Shown in pieces: positions 27,405 to 37,926 of a stretch of DNA of 64,000 nucleotides. Every line of letters begins with the position of its first letter. Position 1 is the stretch's first letter. The translations under genes and the position numbers were made by a program. The notes beneath the pieces were generated by a model. That model was not told the DNA's origin. It did no database searches and saw only the letters and a list, made by a program, of their open reading frames with translations. Location: the NCBI GenBank assembly GCA_021108075.1, contig JAIORP010000068.1, positions 74,594 through 138,593 of the forward strand, in the 5' to 3' direction. Source of the stretch: Candidatus Omnitrophota bacterium. Lineage in GTDB: Bacteria > Omnitrophota > Gorgyraeia > Zapsychrales > Zapsychraceae.

Positions 27405-30400
27405 ATGTATACTTTGTATAAAGACAATTTTTATTGCTTCAATAAATTCATATTCCTATTAGTCTATATATATATTATTTTTAGTATTTCTCCGGCCTGT
27501 TTATGGGCTCAAACACAGGTTGTTTCCGCGCCGGAGATGTTGAATCTTCCATCCCCTGGCAAGATGGTCCAGCTGAGTTCGGATTTTGTGCCGACGGTTC
27601 TGACCGGGATCAAGGTTTATCCGGACAATCCGTTTCGTTTTGATTTTATCATGGACGCCGGGGAAGAAGACGTCCATGACGAGGCCTTAGCCGCAGAGGG
27701 AGAGACATTGATCAATTATTTTTTGACCGCTTTAACTGTTCCGGAAGATGATTTATGGGTCAACTTATCTCCGTATGAACAAGACAGAATCATTCCGGAA
27801 AAGTTCGGCCACACGGACATGGGACGGGATTTATTAGCCCAGGATTATGTGTTGAAACAGTTAACTTCCAGCCTCATGCATCCGGACAGCGCGCTGGGTC
27901 AGAGGTTTTGGGATAAGGTGTATGAAAAAGCGCGAAAAAAATACGGTTCATTGGACATTCCCCTGAGTACTTTTCATAAAATTTGGATCGTGCCCCGGAA
28001 AGCCGTGGTTTATGAACAAGGCCATTCCGCTTTTGTCGTGGAAACACATTTAAAGGTTATGCTTGAAGAAGATTATTTGGCCCTGCGGCATACCAGAGGG
28101 GAAAAGATGACGGATAGAACAGGACCGGTTGCGGACAGCGGTCCTGTCCTGGCGGGCGAGGCCCGAAAGCAGTCCATGCCGCCTGAAGCTTCAAACGCGA
28201 TCAAAGAAATCCTGATCCCTGAAATTGAAAAGGAAGTCAATGAAGGCAAAACCTTCTCTCGTCTGCGGAAAATATTTCACTCCATGGTTTTAGCCACTTG
28301 GTTTAAAAGGAAACTTAAAAACAGCATCCTGGGCAAGACCTATGTGGGTCAGAATAAGGTTGTCGGCATAGATATCGCTGATAAAGAGGTTAAGCAAAAG
28401 ATTTACGGCCAGTATCTTGAAGCTTTCCGCGTCGGTGTTTTTGACTGTATCCGCGAGGATTATGATGTTCAAACGCAGGAACTGATCCCCAGAAGATATT
28501 TTTCCGGCGGTATTCAGGGCATGACGTCTTTTCATGATTCCGCCATGCTGATTGTCAATGACGAGGCCTCAAGGTCATTGGTTCAAAGCCGGTTTATCCG
28601 GCCGTATGTTTTGTCGACAGATTTAACCATCGCCCAGGAACGTCTGGGTGACAGGTTTTTAAAAATGCAGGAACTCCTGGCGCGTTTTGTTCAGCTGAAT
28701 TTTCAAAATAATTGGAACGATTTCTTTGATTATCTAGAACAACAGCAAAGCGCCGAAGACGCGGGTTTAAAAGAGCCGTTATTGCGGAGTTTGGAAAATA
28801 TCGGATTGTCCGGGGAGGACATCCAGTCGGTCAGGACCGGTATTGTTTTCGTCAATGAACGGGCCCGCAGACTGAACCGGGGCGAAGACGAGATCGGAGG
28901 GATTATCGTCCGTCATAAAGCGGACTTTAAGATGCTGCTGCCGCGCTACAGTTATCAAGATTCAGGATCAATGAACGATTTCATTCATTTTTTTCATGAA
29001 GTTGTGGAAATCTTGTTATTAAACACGGGTGTTACCTATGATGTCGCGCATCAAGAGGCTCTGGCCTTGAACGAGGGGATCGGCGAGAGCGAAAATTTTG
29101 CCGCAGTCTTAGCGAAAGCCCGGGAGGTTGTCGCGGCCGTTAAGATGAATCTTTCAGAGAACAGATACGCGTTAAGAGATGTGTCTTTGGATGTGGACGG
29201 CCTGATCGGCTCGAGCATGACCCGCCGGGATTTTCTTAAATGGGGCAGTATTTTTACGGCTGGCGCTCTTTTTAGTATTCCGTTTATTGAACAGATTTTA
29301 GTGCGGAATAAAACGTCTTCGGTCAAAATATCCGAGGCGTTTATTAATAATTTTGTGCGGCGAAGGCTGCAGACAGGCGCTTTTTTTGAATCTTATTTAA
29401 CGAAAAATTTTTCTGATCAGGTGGATGTTGAAGGCTTAAAATGGAAACAGTTTAAGCACGCCCTGGATATTAGCGATTGGATGCAGGCCGCAATTTTAAT
29501 GGACGATGTTATTCCGGTTAAGGTTAAAGACGATGAAAACATTGCCTGGCTGTTCCAGGGGTTGAGCGCCGTAAAAGATGTCCTTCGTTTTCACAACCCG
29601 TATTCCAATAGTTACGACCAGGAAGGCGGATGGTATTATGGCAAAACACCGTTGATTACAAAAAACATCGTCCCGGTAAAATATCATGATGATGTGCAGC
29701 GTCTGCACGATAGCCAGCATATTTTTGGATTTCTGGACGCGTTTAACAATATTTTTCAGGAGCCGGCCTATCTTAGAAACGGAGCGCCGGTTTATAGCGG
29801 TCAGGAACATCACTGGGCGTATTTAGCCTGGAAAAAGGCGGAGAATGACGGGTTCCTTCCACTGGCAGACCGGACTGACGCGTCACAGAAAACACAAAAG
29901 ACGGTTTTGGTCCGTTGGGATGCCCACCCGGACATGGGGGCGACCTTGTCCGGAGATAAATTACTGAAATGGCTTAACACGATCAGGTCCCAGAAATTTC
30001 AGGACGTGTCTTTAGCGGAGTCAGCGGCCGATGATATGACCCTGTCAGATTTTACGACCCCGGCGATATGGGAGGGTTTGGTGGATAAATTGATTTTTGT
30101 TTTTCCGTATGATTTCCTGAACGAAGAAGCGCGGGATTACTATTGGCCTGCTGTTGAAGAAAGTTCCGGAGAACTGGAGATCGGTATCTATGAAAAAGAC
30201 GGGAAACCGACCCTGGGGTATTGGAGCGACCATCCGAATTTATCCGGACGGGGCGGGTTCTTAACCGAAGAAGAATGGGAACAGGCGAAACCGCGTTATA
30301 CCCGAAAGATCGAAGTGCAATACGTGAGCCCGGACAGGATCGCCTCACAGCCTCAGAAATATATTCAAGGCGATGATTTCGTGATCTTCGATCATGACCT

Positions 30401-30959
30401 GGATGACCTGGGAACCCGAAATCCCAATGATATTGATGTGTATCCGAATTACGCTTTAACAGAATCGCAGTTCAATCAGTCTTTAGAGTACAAAGCGCGT
30501 TTTTTTAATCAGGTGCAGGAACAGATCGCCGTGGCCGGTCTTTACCTGTCGCCGAATTATTCAAGAAAGATATATGAGCGCCAGCTCTTGGCGCGCATGT
30601 TAGATATAATCCTTCCCTCAGATGATAGGGGTTCTTATACTTCGCCGTGGGCCGAGGATGAATTAGCGAACCTGAAGCTTGTGGGCCAGGCTACGATTGC
30701 CAAAAATCAAGCTGTGGATGCCGATAGCGCGATGTTAACACCCGTTGGTGGTATTGATTTAGACGCGCGAAATTTGGAGCTGGAGATCAAAGGAGATGAG
30801 CTTGATTTTGATAACCTGTATTTGAAAAGGATTGAAAGCATGTATGTTCCTGTGAAAGGATATTCGCCGGTGATCTTTCACATCGCGCCGGCCAATGTTC
30901 CGATGCTGTTAGGCGTGTCCAGCGACGAGACCGGTCCGTTAGCCGGTGTGGATATTTAA
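27405..30959 (+). CDS. large hypothetical protein (1184 aa) with an N-terminal signal peptide and an internal twin-arginine-like motif
   Basis: N-terminus FIFLLVYIYIIFSISPACLWAQ. At residue ~605 (ATG 29217) there is MTRRDFLKWGSIFTAGALFSIPF, a textbook Tat signal pattern. No known catalytic motifs. Confidence 0.55.
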   Translation: MYTLYKDNFYCFNKFIFLLVYIYIIFSISPACLWAQTQVVSAPEMLNLPSPGKMVQLSSDFVPTVLTGIKVYPDNPFRFDFIMDAGEEDVHDEALAAEGETLINYFLTALTVPEDDLWVNLSPYEQDRIIPEKFGHTDMGRDLLAQDYVLKQLTSSLMHPDSALGQRFWDKVYEKARKKYGSLDIPLSTFHKIWIVPRKAVVYEQGHSAFVVETHLKVMLEEDYLALRHTRGEKMTDRTGPVADSGPVLAGEARKQSMPPEASNAIKEILIPEIEKEVNEGKTFSRLRKIFHSMVLATWFKRKLKNSILGKTYVGQNKVVGIDIADKEVKQKIYGQYLEAFRVGVFDCIREDYDVQTQELIPRRYFSGGIQGMTSFHDSAMLIVNDEASRSLVQSRFIRPYVLSTDLTIAQERLGDRFLKMQELLARFVQLNFQNNWNDFFDYLEQQQSAEDAGLKEPLLRSLENIGLSGEDIQSVRTGIVFVNERARRLNRGEDEIGGIIVRHKADFKMLLPRYSYQDSGSMNDFIHFFHEVVEILLLNTGVTYDVAHQEALALNEGIGESENFAAVLAKAREVVAAVKMNLSENRYALRDVSLDVDGLIGSSMTRRDFLKWGSIFTAGALFSIPFIEQILVRNKTSSVKISEAFINNFVRRRLQTGAFFESYLTKNFSDQVDVEGLKWKQFKHALDISDWMQAAILMDDVIPVKVKDDENIAWLFQGLSAVKDVLRFHNPYSNSYDQEGGWYYGKTPLITKNIVPVKYHDDVQRLHDSQHIFGFLDAFNNIFQEPAYLRNGAPVYSGQEHHWAYLAWKKAENDGFLPLADRTDASQKTQKTVLVRWDAHPDMGATLSGDKLLKWLNTIRSQKFQDVSLAESAADDMTLSDFTTPAIWEGLVDKLIFVFPYDFLNEEARDYYWPAVEESSGELEIGIYEKDGKPTLGYWSDHPNLSGRGGFLTEEEWEQAKPRYTRKIEVQYVSPDRIASQPQKYIQGDDFVIFDHDLDDLGTRNPNDIDVYPNYALTESQFNQSLEYKARFFNQVQEQIAVAGLYLSPNYSRKIYERQLLARMLDIILPSDDRGSYTSPWAEDELANLKLVGQATIAKNQAVDADSAMLTPVGGIDLDARNLELEIKGDELDFDNLYLKRIESMYVPVKGYSPVIFHIAPANVPMLLGVSSDETGPLAGVDI

Positions 30960-31266
30960 TCGGATAAATAAATTTTTTTTAAGCCTTCCAATGCGTATTA
31001 TTTTCTTAAAAGCCGAGTGATCCCTTTTCAGGATCAGATTTCGTCCGGCCCATTCAACCCGGCGTTATAGGCGAATTCTAAAAAATATGGCATCAAAAGA
31101 TGTTTAATGAGGTACAATTATTGTCATCGGGGCGATGTTTTGTTAAATCTGTATTGTTTTTAAGACAGATCTATCCTTCACGCTGCTGTTCGACGAGATA
31201 GTCGTTAAAGGCCGTTAAAGAGAAAAATGATATTTTTTTATAACGAGTATAAGAAGGGTAAACAAA

Positions 31267-31980
31267 ATGAGTGATGGGGAAACGCGGTATTTTTTGTTTT
31301 TGTTTTGTCTTGCTATTGTTGTGACGGTCTTCACTGTTTCAAAAAAGTTGAGGTATAAGATCTTTAAATCCAGATCGCCGGTCTATAAATTGACGTTTGA
31401 TCTTAAGAACGGTCAGAAAATCAGCCTTGAGGATGTTGTGGTTATTGTTCCTCAAAGCATTGTTATGCAGGCCGTCAAGGAATTTGGATCGATGCAGAAA
31501 ATCCCCAGGATTGATTCAAAGGATCTTACCCGTTTTGAAACAGATATGTATAATGATTATGATGATAACGCTTATGTTAAAGGCGCGATTAAGACGTTTC
31601 GGGCCTGGCATGCCGGTTTTATATTGAAGATTGTTGACCCGCTGAATATTTTTCCGGAAGAGGAACGGTCCGTCTATGTGCCGAAGATAAATGAAGAGGA
31701 TTTCCAGGATTTTATTTATGTCGTTTTTATGGATATCAACAATGCGGAAACCATGCCTGAGACAACAAAACGGATCCGCCGGCAATTTGATGTTTTTTTG
31801 GCGAAATTTTTTTCGGATGAGAACGAGTTTTTGATCTCCTGGGCCGAACGTTGTCTGTTAACAAATAAACGGGTAGTGATTATGACGAACGATGAGATCC
31901 CTGACCTGCAGCACAGCATTCCGCTTGATCAGATTGTTCAGTACACGGAGATCGCCGGGGACAAGAGGTTTGTTGCTTAG
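31267..31980 (+). CDS. hypothetical protein with an N-terminal TM anchor
   Basis: One N-terminal hydrophobic helix. The rest is unassigned. Confidence 0.45.
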   Translation: MSDGETRYFLFLFCLAIVVTVFTVSKKLRYKIFKSRSPVYKLTFDLKNGQKISLEDVVVIVPQSIVMQAVKEFGSMQKIPRIDSKDLTRFETDMYNDYDDNAYVKGAIKTFRAWHAGFILKIVDPLNIFPEEERSVYVPKINEEDFQDFIYVVFMDINNAETMPETTKRIRRQFDVFLAKFFSDENEFLISWAERCLLTNKRVVIMTNDEIPDLQHSIPLDQIVQYTEIAGDKRFVA

Positions 31981-32065
31981 CGCGCGCACATCGGCTGTTT
32001 GCGTCGTACGCGTTGAGAAAGGATCTGAAGGGATTATGAAAAAAAGAAGAGGGGAGACTTAAAGG

Positions 32066-33319
32066 ATGACTCATTTTTCCAGCCACCGTGACCAGGACTT
32101 TTTAGAACATCCGACCCGGTTTTTAAGCGATAAGCTTATGCCCAAATATTGGCCGCCGCGGCCGAATTGGTTTTGGAAAAAAATGATTCATGTGCTGCTC
32201 GCTTATTATGTTCGCAATCACTGGAAATTTTTAGACATTCACATCGATGGCGCCGAAGAAACATTTCAAAAGTTTGGCCCTAACGACGGCGTGCTTATTA
32301 CGCCGAACCATAGCCATGAGGGCGACCCGCATATCCTTCTAAAAGCGGCAAAAAAGTTTCATAAAAAATTTTATTTTATGGCTGCCTGGCAGGCTTTTTG
32401 CGGGCACGGGGGGCTTGATGGCCGCATTTTACAGCGCATGGGCGTCTTCAGTGTTGACCGGGATGGGTGCGACCGCCGGGCGGTCCGGACGGCGGTTGAG
32501 TTGCTGTGCGCGGGGCAGTATCTTGTTGTTTTTCCGGAAGGTGAAATCCACAGGTTAAACGACCGGCTGAAACCGTTGTGTGACGGGGTCGCGTATATGG
32601 CTTTGAGCGCGCAGCGTGAATTGAAAAAGAATGCTTCCGATGCAAAGATTTGGATATTGCCCTCCGCGATTCGATATGAGATGACAGATGATGTGATCCC
32701 TGAGTTGGAACAGGCGATGAAACGGCTTGAAGCCCATTTTTTATGGTGGAAGCCGCCTAAAGACGCGTCGTTGCAGGAACGGATCGTTCTGTTCGGAGAG
32801 ATGCTTTTGACGATAAAAGAAAAAGAGAAGACAGGCAAATCTTTTAAGGAATCCGGAGATCTTCCTCACCGGATCCAGAAAATGATCAAAAATATTTTAG
32901 CGCAGCACGAAAAGAAATATCTGAAACGGTCGGCAACGGCCAGCAATGTCGCCATGCGGGTTAAAGCCCTGCGGCGGCAATTGCTCGATCTTTGGTTGGA
33001 TGACGCCCAAACGCCGGACGTGCGGCAAGAGGCGTATCAGGCCTTAGATGATGTGCAGTTGGTCCTGCAATTGTCGAGTTATCCGGGTGATTATATCTCG
33101 GAAAAGCCCAATGTCCTGCGTCTGGCCGAAACGATCGAGAAGTTCGAAGAAGATATTTTCGGCCTGAACCATTCGATCGGTTCCCGACGGGCAAAATTAA
33201 TTTTCGGGCAAGCCATTGATATGAGCTGTGATGTTGACCTGAGTCATATGCGCGCTGCTATCTCAGGTTTAACGGATCGTTTGGAAGAAACGATTCAGTC
33301 CTTGATGGATCAATTTTGA
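32066..33319 (+). CDS. lysophospholipid / glycerol-phosphate acyltransferase family protein (PlsC-like)
   Basis: HX4D motif (NHSHEGDPH) and an FPEGxx block (VFPEGEIHR), which are characteristic of the acyltransferase family. Confidence 0.55.
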   Translation: MTHFSSHRDQDFLEHPTRFLSDKLMPKYWPPRPNWFWKKMIHVLLAYYVRNHWKFLDIHIDGAEETFQKFGPNDGVLITPNHSHEGDPHILLKAAKKFHKKFYFMAAWQAFCGHGGLDGRILQRMGVFSVDRDGCDRRAVRTAVELLCAGQYLVVFPEGEIHRLNDRLKPLCDGVAYMALSAQRELKKNASDAKIWILPSAIRYEMTDDVIPELEQAMKRLEAHFLWWKPPKDASLQERIVLFGEMLLTIKEKEKTGKSFKESGDLPHRIQKMIKNILAQHEKKYLKRSATASNVAMRVKALRRQLLDLWLDDAQTPDVRQEAYQALDDVQLVLQLSSYPGDYISEKPNVLRLAETIEKFEEDIFGLNHSIGSRRAKLIFGQAIDMSCDVDLSHMRAAISGLTDRLEETIQSLMDQF

Positions 33320-33375
33320 AAGAGGGGTGCTTCAGGAACAGCCGACAAGTTGGCCGTCAAGATAAAGGATAACTT

Positions 33376-34002
33376 ATGCCAAAGAAAAAATTCGCCGGCG
33401 TCGTTTTATTGGCGGCCTTGTTTATTGTTTGCGGTGCCGGGAAACTGTATTCGACCACCGGGATTTTTCGATATCGGCAGCCCAGAATTTTTACGGAAGC
33501 GTCCTTTATGCGCACATTCTCGTCCCCTAAAATGTCTGAAGACGAACGGGAAGATTTTTTGAATAGCGAGCATGGACAAAATTTGTTAAGGCTATTGAAC
33601 CGGTTAATTGAGAGCCGGCTGATTGACCGGCAGGTGTTTTTTTATTATACGCTGGTCCAGCTGTTATTAGGGTCGATGCTGATAGCTATGGGCATTGGAC
33701 TGATCAACCTGAAAGAATGGGCGCGGATATTTACGGTTTATTATCACCTGCTTGTTATGCCGCTCGCGTTACTTGTTGCAGATATGTACATTTATAAAAT
33801 TTGGCAAGTCGTGAAGAGTGTGTTTGCGCTTGGGGAATCGGAAAGTTTTGTCGTCGGTGCTTTGGCGGTCAAAACCTGTCTCGGCGTGGTCATTGCCTTT
33901 TTGATTGCTTTTTTCTTTTCGCGAGACAAAATTAAAGATCAATTTGAACCTGGTCAAACCACCGGTGAACAGGTTCCCTCGGAAGAACGTCAAATCGTTT
34001 AA
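33376..34002 (+). CDS. hypothetical membrane protein
   Basis: Signal/TM segment followed by three TM helices. Confidence 0.45.
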   Translation: MPKKKFAGVVLLAALFIVCGAGKLYSTTGIFRYRQPRIFTEASFMRTFSSPKMSEDEREDFLNSEHGQNLLRLLNRLIESRLIDRQVFFYYTLVQLLLGSMLIAMGIGLINLKEWARIFTVYYHLLVMPLALLVADMYIYKIWQVVKSVFALGESESFVVGALAVKTCLGVVIAFLIAFFFSRDKIKDQFEPGQTTGEQVPSEERQIV

Positions 34003-34429
34003 CAGGATTAATGGGTAGTGAGATTTGGTAAGAAAAAATTTTGGTCCTGTTTTCCCCTGTGTTTGTGTATGCTGTTTTGTTTGTCATTGCCGGTTGCTCG
34101 GGCGTGGGCTCATATGCAGCGCAGGTTGATTCGTCACGGTGGCAGTTAAGGAATTTGGAATAGTTGGGCCCCGCCCTTATCGGATCGCCCGTGGAAATAT
34201 GTTTATTGGTGTGCTTATAGGGTGATTCTTATCGGCGTTATTGAATTGATTATGGTGGTAAATCCGTGAAATAAAATAATAAAAAGGTCTGAAGCCAGGC
34301 TGATCTTTCACAATTTTTGCGTCTGATAACATTAAGATGTGTTTTAATGGGACCTAAGACATTTTTTTATTTCTTGTTGCTAAATATTTTTTAATATTGT
34401 TAAATAATTATTTTTTATGAGGTTATCCT

Positions 34430-35062
34430 ATGAAAAGAAAAGTGTCACGGTTTATTTTGATCGTTTTTTTACTTGTTTCGTCGGGGTGCTATCAGCGCTC
34501 GGGTACAAAAAAAGAATATTACGAGACAGGCGAATTGATGTCCGAGTGCGATTATGTCGGCTATGATTATCATGGCACGTGTAAGTTTTATTATCGCAAT
34601 GGCGCGCTGAAAGAATCCTCGTTGTTTGTTCAGGGGGAACAAACAGGGTTGCTGCAGCTTTACAATGAGCGGGGGCGGTTGATTGAAGCATCGATGCTGA
34701 AAGACGGCGAAAGGCAGGGGCTCATGCGGCTGTATGACGATGATGGGAAACTGCTAAAGGAAGGCAATGTTATCGACGGTAAACCGGAAGGTCTTGTGCG
34801 GGAGTATTATGATGATGGCCAGATTGCCCGTGAAGCCTTTTATTCCAATTCAGCGCAGACGATCGATGTGATCGAGTTTTATGAAAACGGAGCCAGGAAG
34901 TCACGTTATAAAAAGGACGGATTGCAGTACGTCGGAATGTATTTTGAGTATCATATAAATGGCCGGATCGCCGAAGAGTCCGAATACAAAGACGGTCAGC
35001 GCCTTTCGCAGAAAAGGTTTGACCGTCAGGGTAATTGTTATGCCGGAGATTGCAAACAGTAG
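34430..35062 (+). CDS. MORN-repeat (YwqK-like) lipoprotein
   Basis: Lipoprotein-like signal (LLVSSGCY) followed by ~7 tandem ~23-aa repeats of the form G.L.E...Y..DG.....G (MORN variant). Confidence 0.6.
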   Translation: MKRKVSRFILIVFLLVSSGCYQRSGTKKEYYETGELMSECDYVGYDYHGTCKFYYRNGALKESSLFVQGEQTGLLQLYNERGRLIEASMLKDGERQGLMRLYDDDGKLLKEGNVIDGKPEGLVREYYDDGQIAREAFYSNSAQTIDVIEFYENGARKSRYKKDGLQYVGMYFEYHINGRIAEESEYKDGQRLSQKRFDRQGNCYAGDCKQ

Positions 35063-35069
35063 AAAAAAA

Positions 35070-35123
35070 GTAAGGACGGTTAGTACTTTTTTAAAAAAAG
35101 CACCAACCGTCCTTACTTTTTTT
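35070..35123. terminator. bidirectional rho-independent terminator between convergent genes
   Basis: Stem gtaaggacggtt (35070-35081) pairs with aaccgtccttac (35105-35116). It is flanked by an A-run upstream and a T-run (35117-35123) downstream, so it works in both orientations. Confidence 0.6.
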
Positions 35124-36744
35124 GAATGATCATCGTCCCATGGTTTTTCGACCACATCGGTTCATTATCCCAATCCCCGAACATCATAACCCGTTCATAA
35201 TTCTGATCGATGTAATTATGCAATAGTTTACAATGCGTTTTTCCAAAACGGCCAATCCCCTGTTCATTGGACGATATCCGGTTAGACATGACGAGATAAC
35301 GCAGGGCCGGATTTTTAAGCCGGTTGATGATGTCCTGTTCCTGGCTCGTCGGCATGTACAGAAAGTCGACCATGATGATATATTTGGTGGGATTGTTTTT
35401 TTCGGTTAAGAAATAATATAACGGGTCATAGGGAAACGCGAAAAAGGTTTCATTGTCTTTGAGGTGTGTTTGAAGAAAATGTGTTGTCTGCTGGACCGTC
35501 TGAATCCACTGGCTGTCGTTGCGCACCAATATTTGCACGCGGGGATGGGCAAAGAAATTGGTCTGTAATTTTAAGAAATATTGAAACTTAATATATTGAA
35601 AACTGACAATAAAAATCACAAGGGCGATGATAAACAATTGAATGACGCGGTGCAGCTTTGGAATGCAATGATAAACGGTCATGGATAAAAAAATGATAAA
35701 GAATGGTGTCGACCAATTGATCCGATAATAAACACCGCTCAAAATGAATTCATGCAAATACGTCAGGGCAAATAACAGGACAAAAAAGGTGCCAAGGATC
35801 AATTGACGGTCTGCCTGTGATTCTTTGAAATTTTTTTCTTTGATTAAAATATGGGAATAAGATGCGAATAAAACCGTTAACCCTCCACTGATAAATAAGG
35901 CTAAGGGAGAACGTGTCATCTGAAAAATTAAAAATTTAAAGAATTCAGCGACGCCCGCGAGTATATGGATATTAAAGGGATGGTCAGAAGATAAATAGGG
36001 TAAACATTGATGTACCCATGGGGCAGGCAGATTGCGGACATAAAGAAAGTAAATGCCCGTGACAGTTGCCGGCAGGATAACAATCCCCAGAAAAAAGAAT
36101 TTTTTTGGAGAAAATATTTTATCCGGGCGAAAGAGGTTCGTGATCAAGACGGCGACAAAAACATTGAACAAAGAGACTAACCCGTAATTAACTTTAATCA
36201 AAAATAAAATAAAAACGCAAAGCAAAGCGGCATACACATATTTTTTTGAATTTTTGTGTAAGAAACAGATCAGATAGTAGAAGCAGGCCAAAGACGCAAC
36301 AACGGCGCCCGTGTGACTGTAGGTGTGCCAGAAGTATTGGAAGAACACCCAGAAATAGATCGTGCCCAGGAGTCCCCACATATAGTTTGTGAGTCGGCGT
36401 AAAGCGCCGAAGAAAAAAAGACCAGCGGTCACTTTTAACAGGGTTTCCCCCAGCAGGACACTTTGAACAGAAATTCCAAATATTTTTAAAAAGAGAGCGA
36501 AGTAGTAAGGCATCAAAGGTCCGTAAGGCCACCAGAAATCCCTGAAGGGATGCCCGCCTTGCATGGTCTTTAAAAAGGCCATCAAGTTGCTTCCGTGGTC
36601 ACCGGTCGTTAAGAAGGCTTGATAGTATAAATTGTGTGATAAGATAAGGAACCCAACGAGAAAGAGGCAGGTATAAAAAATAATATGATTGCAATTTATT
36701 TTTGAAGTCATACGCAACATTAGAGATGATGGATTATGTGACAT
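35113..36744 (-). CDS. polytopic membrane protein, possibly a GT-C-type glycosyltransferase, with a C-terminal soluble domain
   Basis: ~12 TM helices in the N-terminal ~380 aa, then a ~150-aa hydrophilic domain. No catalytic motif was confirmed. Confidence 0.5.
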   Translation of the reverse strand: MSHNPSSLMLRMTSKINCNHIIFYTCLFLVGFLILSHNLYYQAFLTTGDHGSNLMAFLKTMQGGHPFRDFWWPYGPLMPYYFALFLKIFGISVQSVLLGETLLKVTAGLFFFGALRRLTNYMWGLLGTIYFWVFFQYFWHTYSHTGAVVASLACFYYLICFLHKNSKKYVYAALLCVFILFLIKVNYGLVSLFNVFVAVLITNLFRPDKIFSPKKFFFLGIVILPATVTGIYFLYVRNLPAPWVHQCLPYLSSDHPFNIHILAGVAEFFKFLIFQMTRSPLALFISGGLTVLFASYSHILIKEKNFKESQADRQLILGTFFVLLFALTYLHEFILSGVYYRINWSTPFFIIFLSMTVYHCIPKLHRVIQLFIIALVIFIVSFQYIKFQYFLKLQTNFFAHPRVQILVRNDSQWIQTVQQTTHFLQTHLKDNETFFAFPYDPLYYFLTEKNNPTKYIIMVDFLYMPTSQEQDIINRLKNPALRYLVMSNRISSNEQGIGRFGKTHCKLLHNYIDQNYERVMMFGDWDNEPMWSKNHGTMIIQKK

Positions 36745-37116
36745 TGTTTTGTCAGCGGGCGATTTATCTTAAGACTTATATAAATTAACATATAATTCAT
36801 CCATGTTGATAGAAAACATGTTTTATTTCTTTACAATCAATTCTTGTATTTGCAGAGGTCTGCTGAGCGTTGGGAAATGGATCGTTTCTTTTGCTATTTG
36901 AAGATGGATATGATATTATTCTTTTTTATAAGGCTTATATTAACATATTAATATTTATCGTCATTAAGCAAAGATTCTTTCGGGACCATGGGCTTTGAGC
37001 GAAGATGAGGATTTGAATGTCCTTGCCTTTCCGCGCGCGTTTCATGTGTGCTTTTTTTGGGACAAACTCCGGACAATATTCATTTATAGACTGTTATCAG
37101 AAGAAAGGTTTTTGTT

Positions 37117-37437
37117 ATGGCAACAATTGAAGATTTAGTGAAATTAAAGCTGCAAATTGCTGAAATTAAAGAGGTTAATGAACACCCTGATGCGGATCGT
37201 CTGTATGTTTTAAAGATTGATTTAGGAGGGGATGAACGGCAATTGGTTGCAGGGATCCGAAAGAATTATGCGCCGGATGAGCTTGTGGGCAAGCAAATTG
37301 TGGTCATTAGCAATCTGGAGCCGGCTGTTATAAGAGGTCAGGAGTCGCAAGGCATGTTGTTAGCCGCTTTATCAGAGGACGGCCCGGTCATTCTAACCCC
37401 TGAAAAAAAGGTTACATTAGGATCAAATATCCGGTAA
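37117..37437 (+). CDS. tRNA-binding domain protein (CsaA/Trbp111-like)
   Basis: LKLQIAEIKEVNEHPDADRLYVLKIDLGGDERQLVAGIRKNYAPDELVGKQIVVISNLEPAVIRG matches the EMAP/MetRS-C tRNA-binding OB fold. Confidence 0.75.
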   Translation: MATIEDLVKLKLQIAEIKEVNEHPDADRLYVLKIDLGGDERQLVAGIRKNYAPDELVGKQIVVISNLEPAVIRGQESQGMLLAALSEDGPVILTPEKKVTLGSNIR

Positions 37438-37505
37438 GGTTGATCAGGGAATAACCCCGTGAACGAATCCGGGGGGTTAAGCTTTTTTTATCAAAGGAGG
37501 TCGCG

Positions 37506-37925
37506 ATGGCTGTGGAAACAGAATATATCCATTTGTCGACACGTGGGCACGCAGATGTCCATGATATTACCGGGCAAGTGGCCCAAAAACTGGAAGGCTT
37601 AAAAAAGATCAAAGATGGAATTGTCACGATCAATGTTTGCGGTTCCACAGGGGCATTAACCACCTGTGAATATGAATCAGGGCTAGTTGAAGACATCCGT
37701 GATATTTTTAATAAACTCATTCCTCCGGGACAATATCAGCATGATCAAGCCTGGGGTGACGGTAATGGCCATTCGCATTTGCGGGCCTCTATCGTTGGGC
37801 CATCGTTAACCTTGCCGTTTAACAATAGTTGCCTCATTTTAGGAACCTGGCAGCAGATTATCTTCATTGATTTTGATAATCGTTCCCGTGACCGAAAGTT
37901 GGTTTTGCAGTTTATAGGAGAGTGA
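37506..37925 (+). CDS. YjbQ family protein (UPF0047, secondary thiamine-phosphate synthase-like)
   Basis: HLSTRGHADVHDIT...HLRASIVGPSLTLPFNNSCLILGTWQQIIFIDFD is the YjbQ signature. Confidence 0.8.
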   Translation: MAVETEYIHLSTRGHADVHDITGQVAQKLEGLKKIKDGIVTINVCGSTGALTTCEYESGLVEDIRDIFNKLIPPGQYQHDQAWGDGNGHSHLRASIVGPSLTLPFNNSCLILGTWQQIIFIDFDNRSRDRKLVLQFIGE

Positions 37926-37926
37926 T

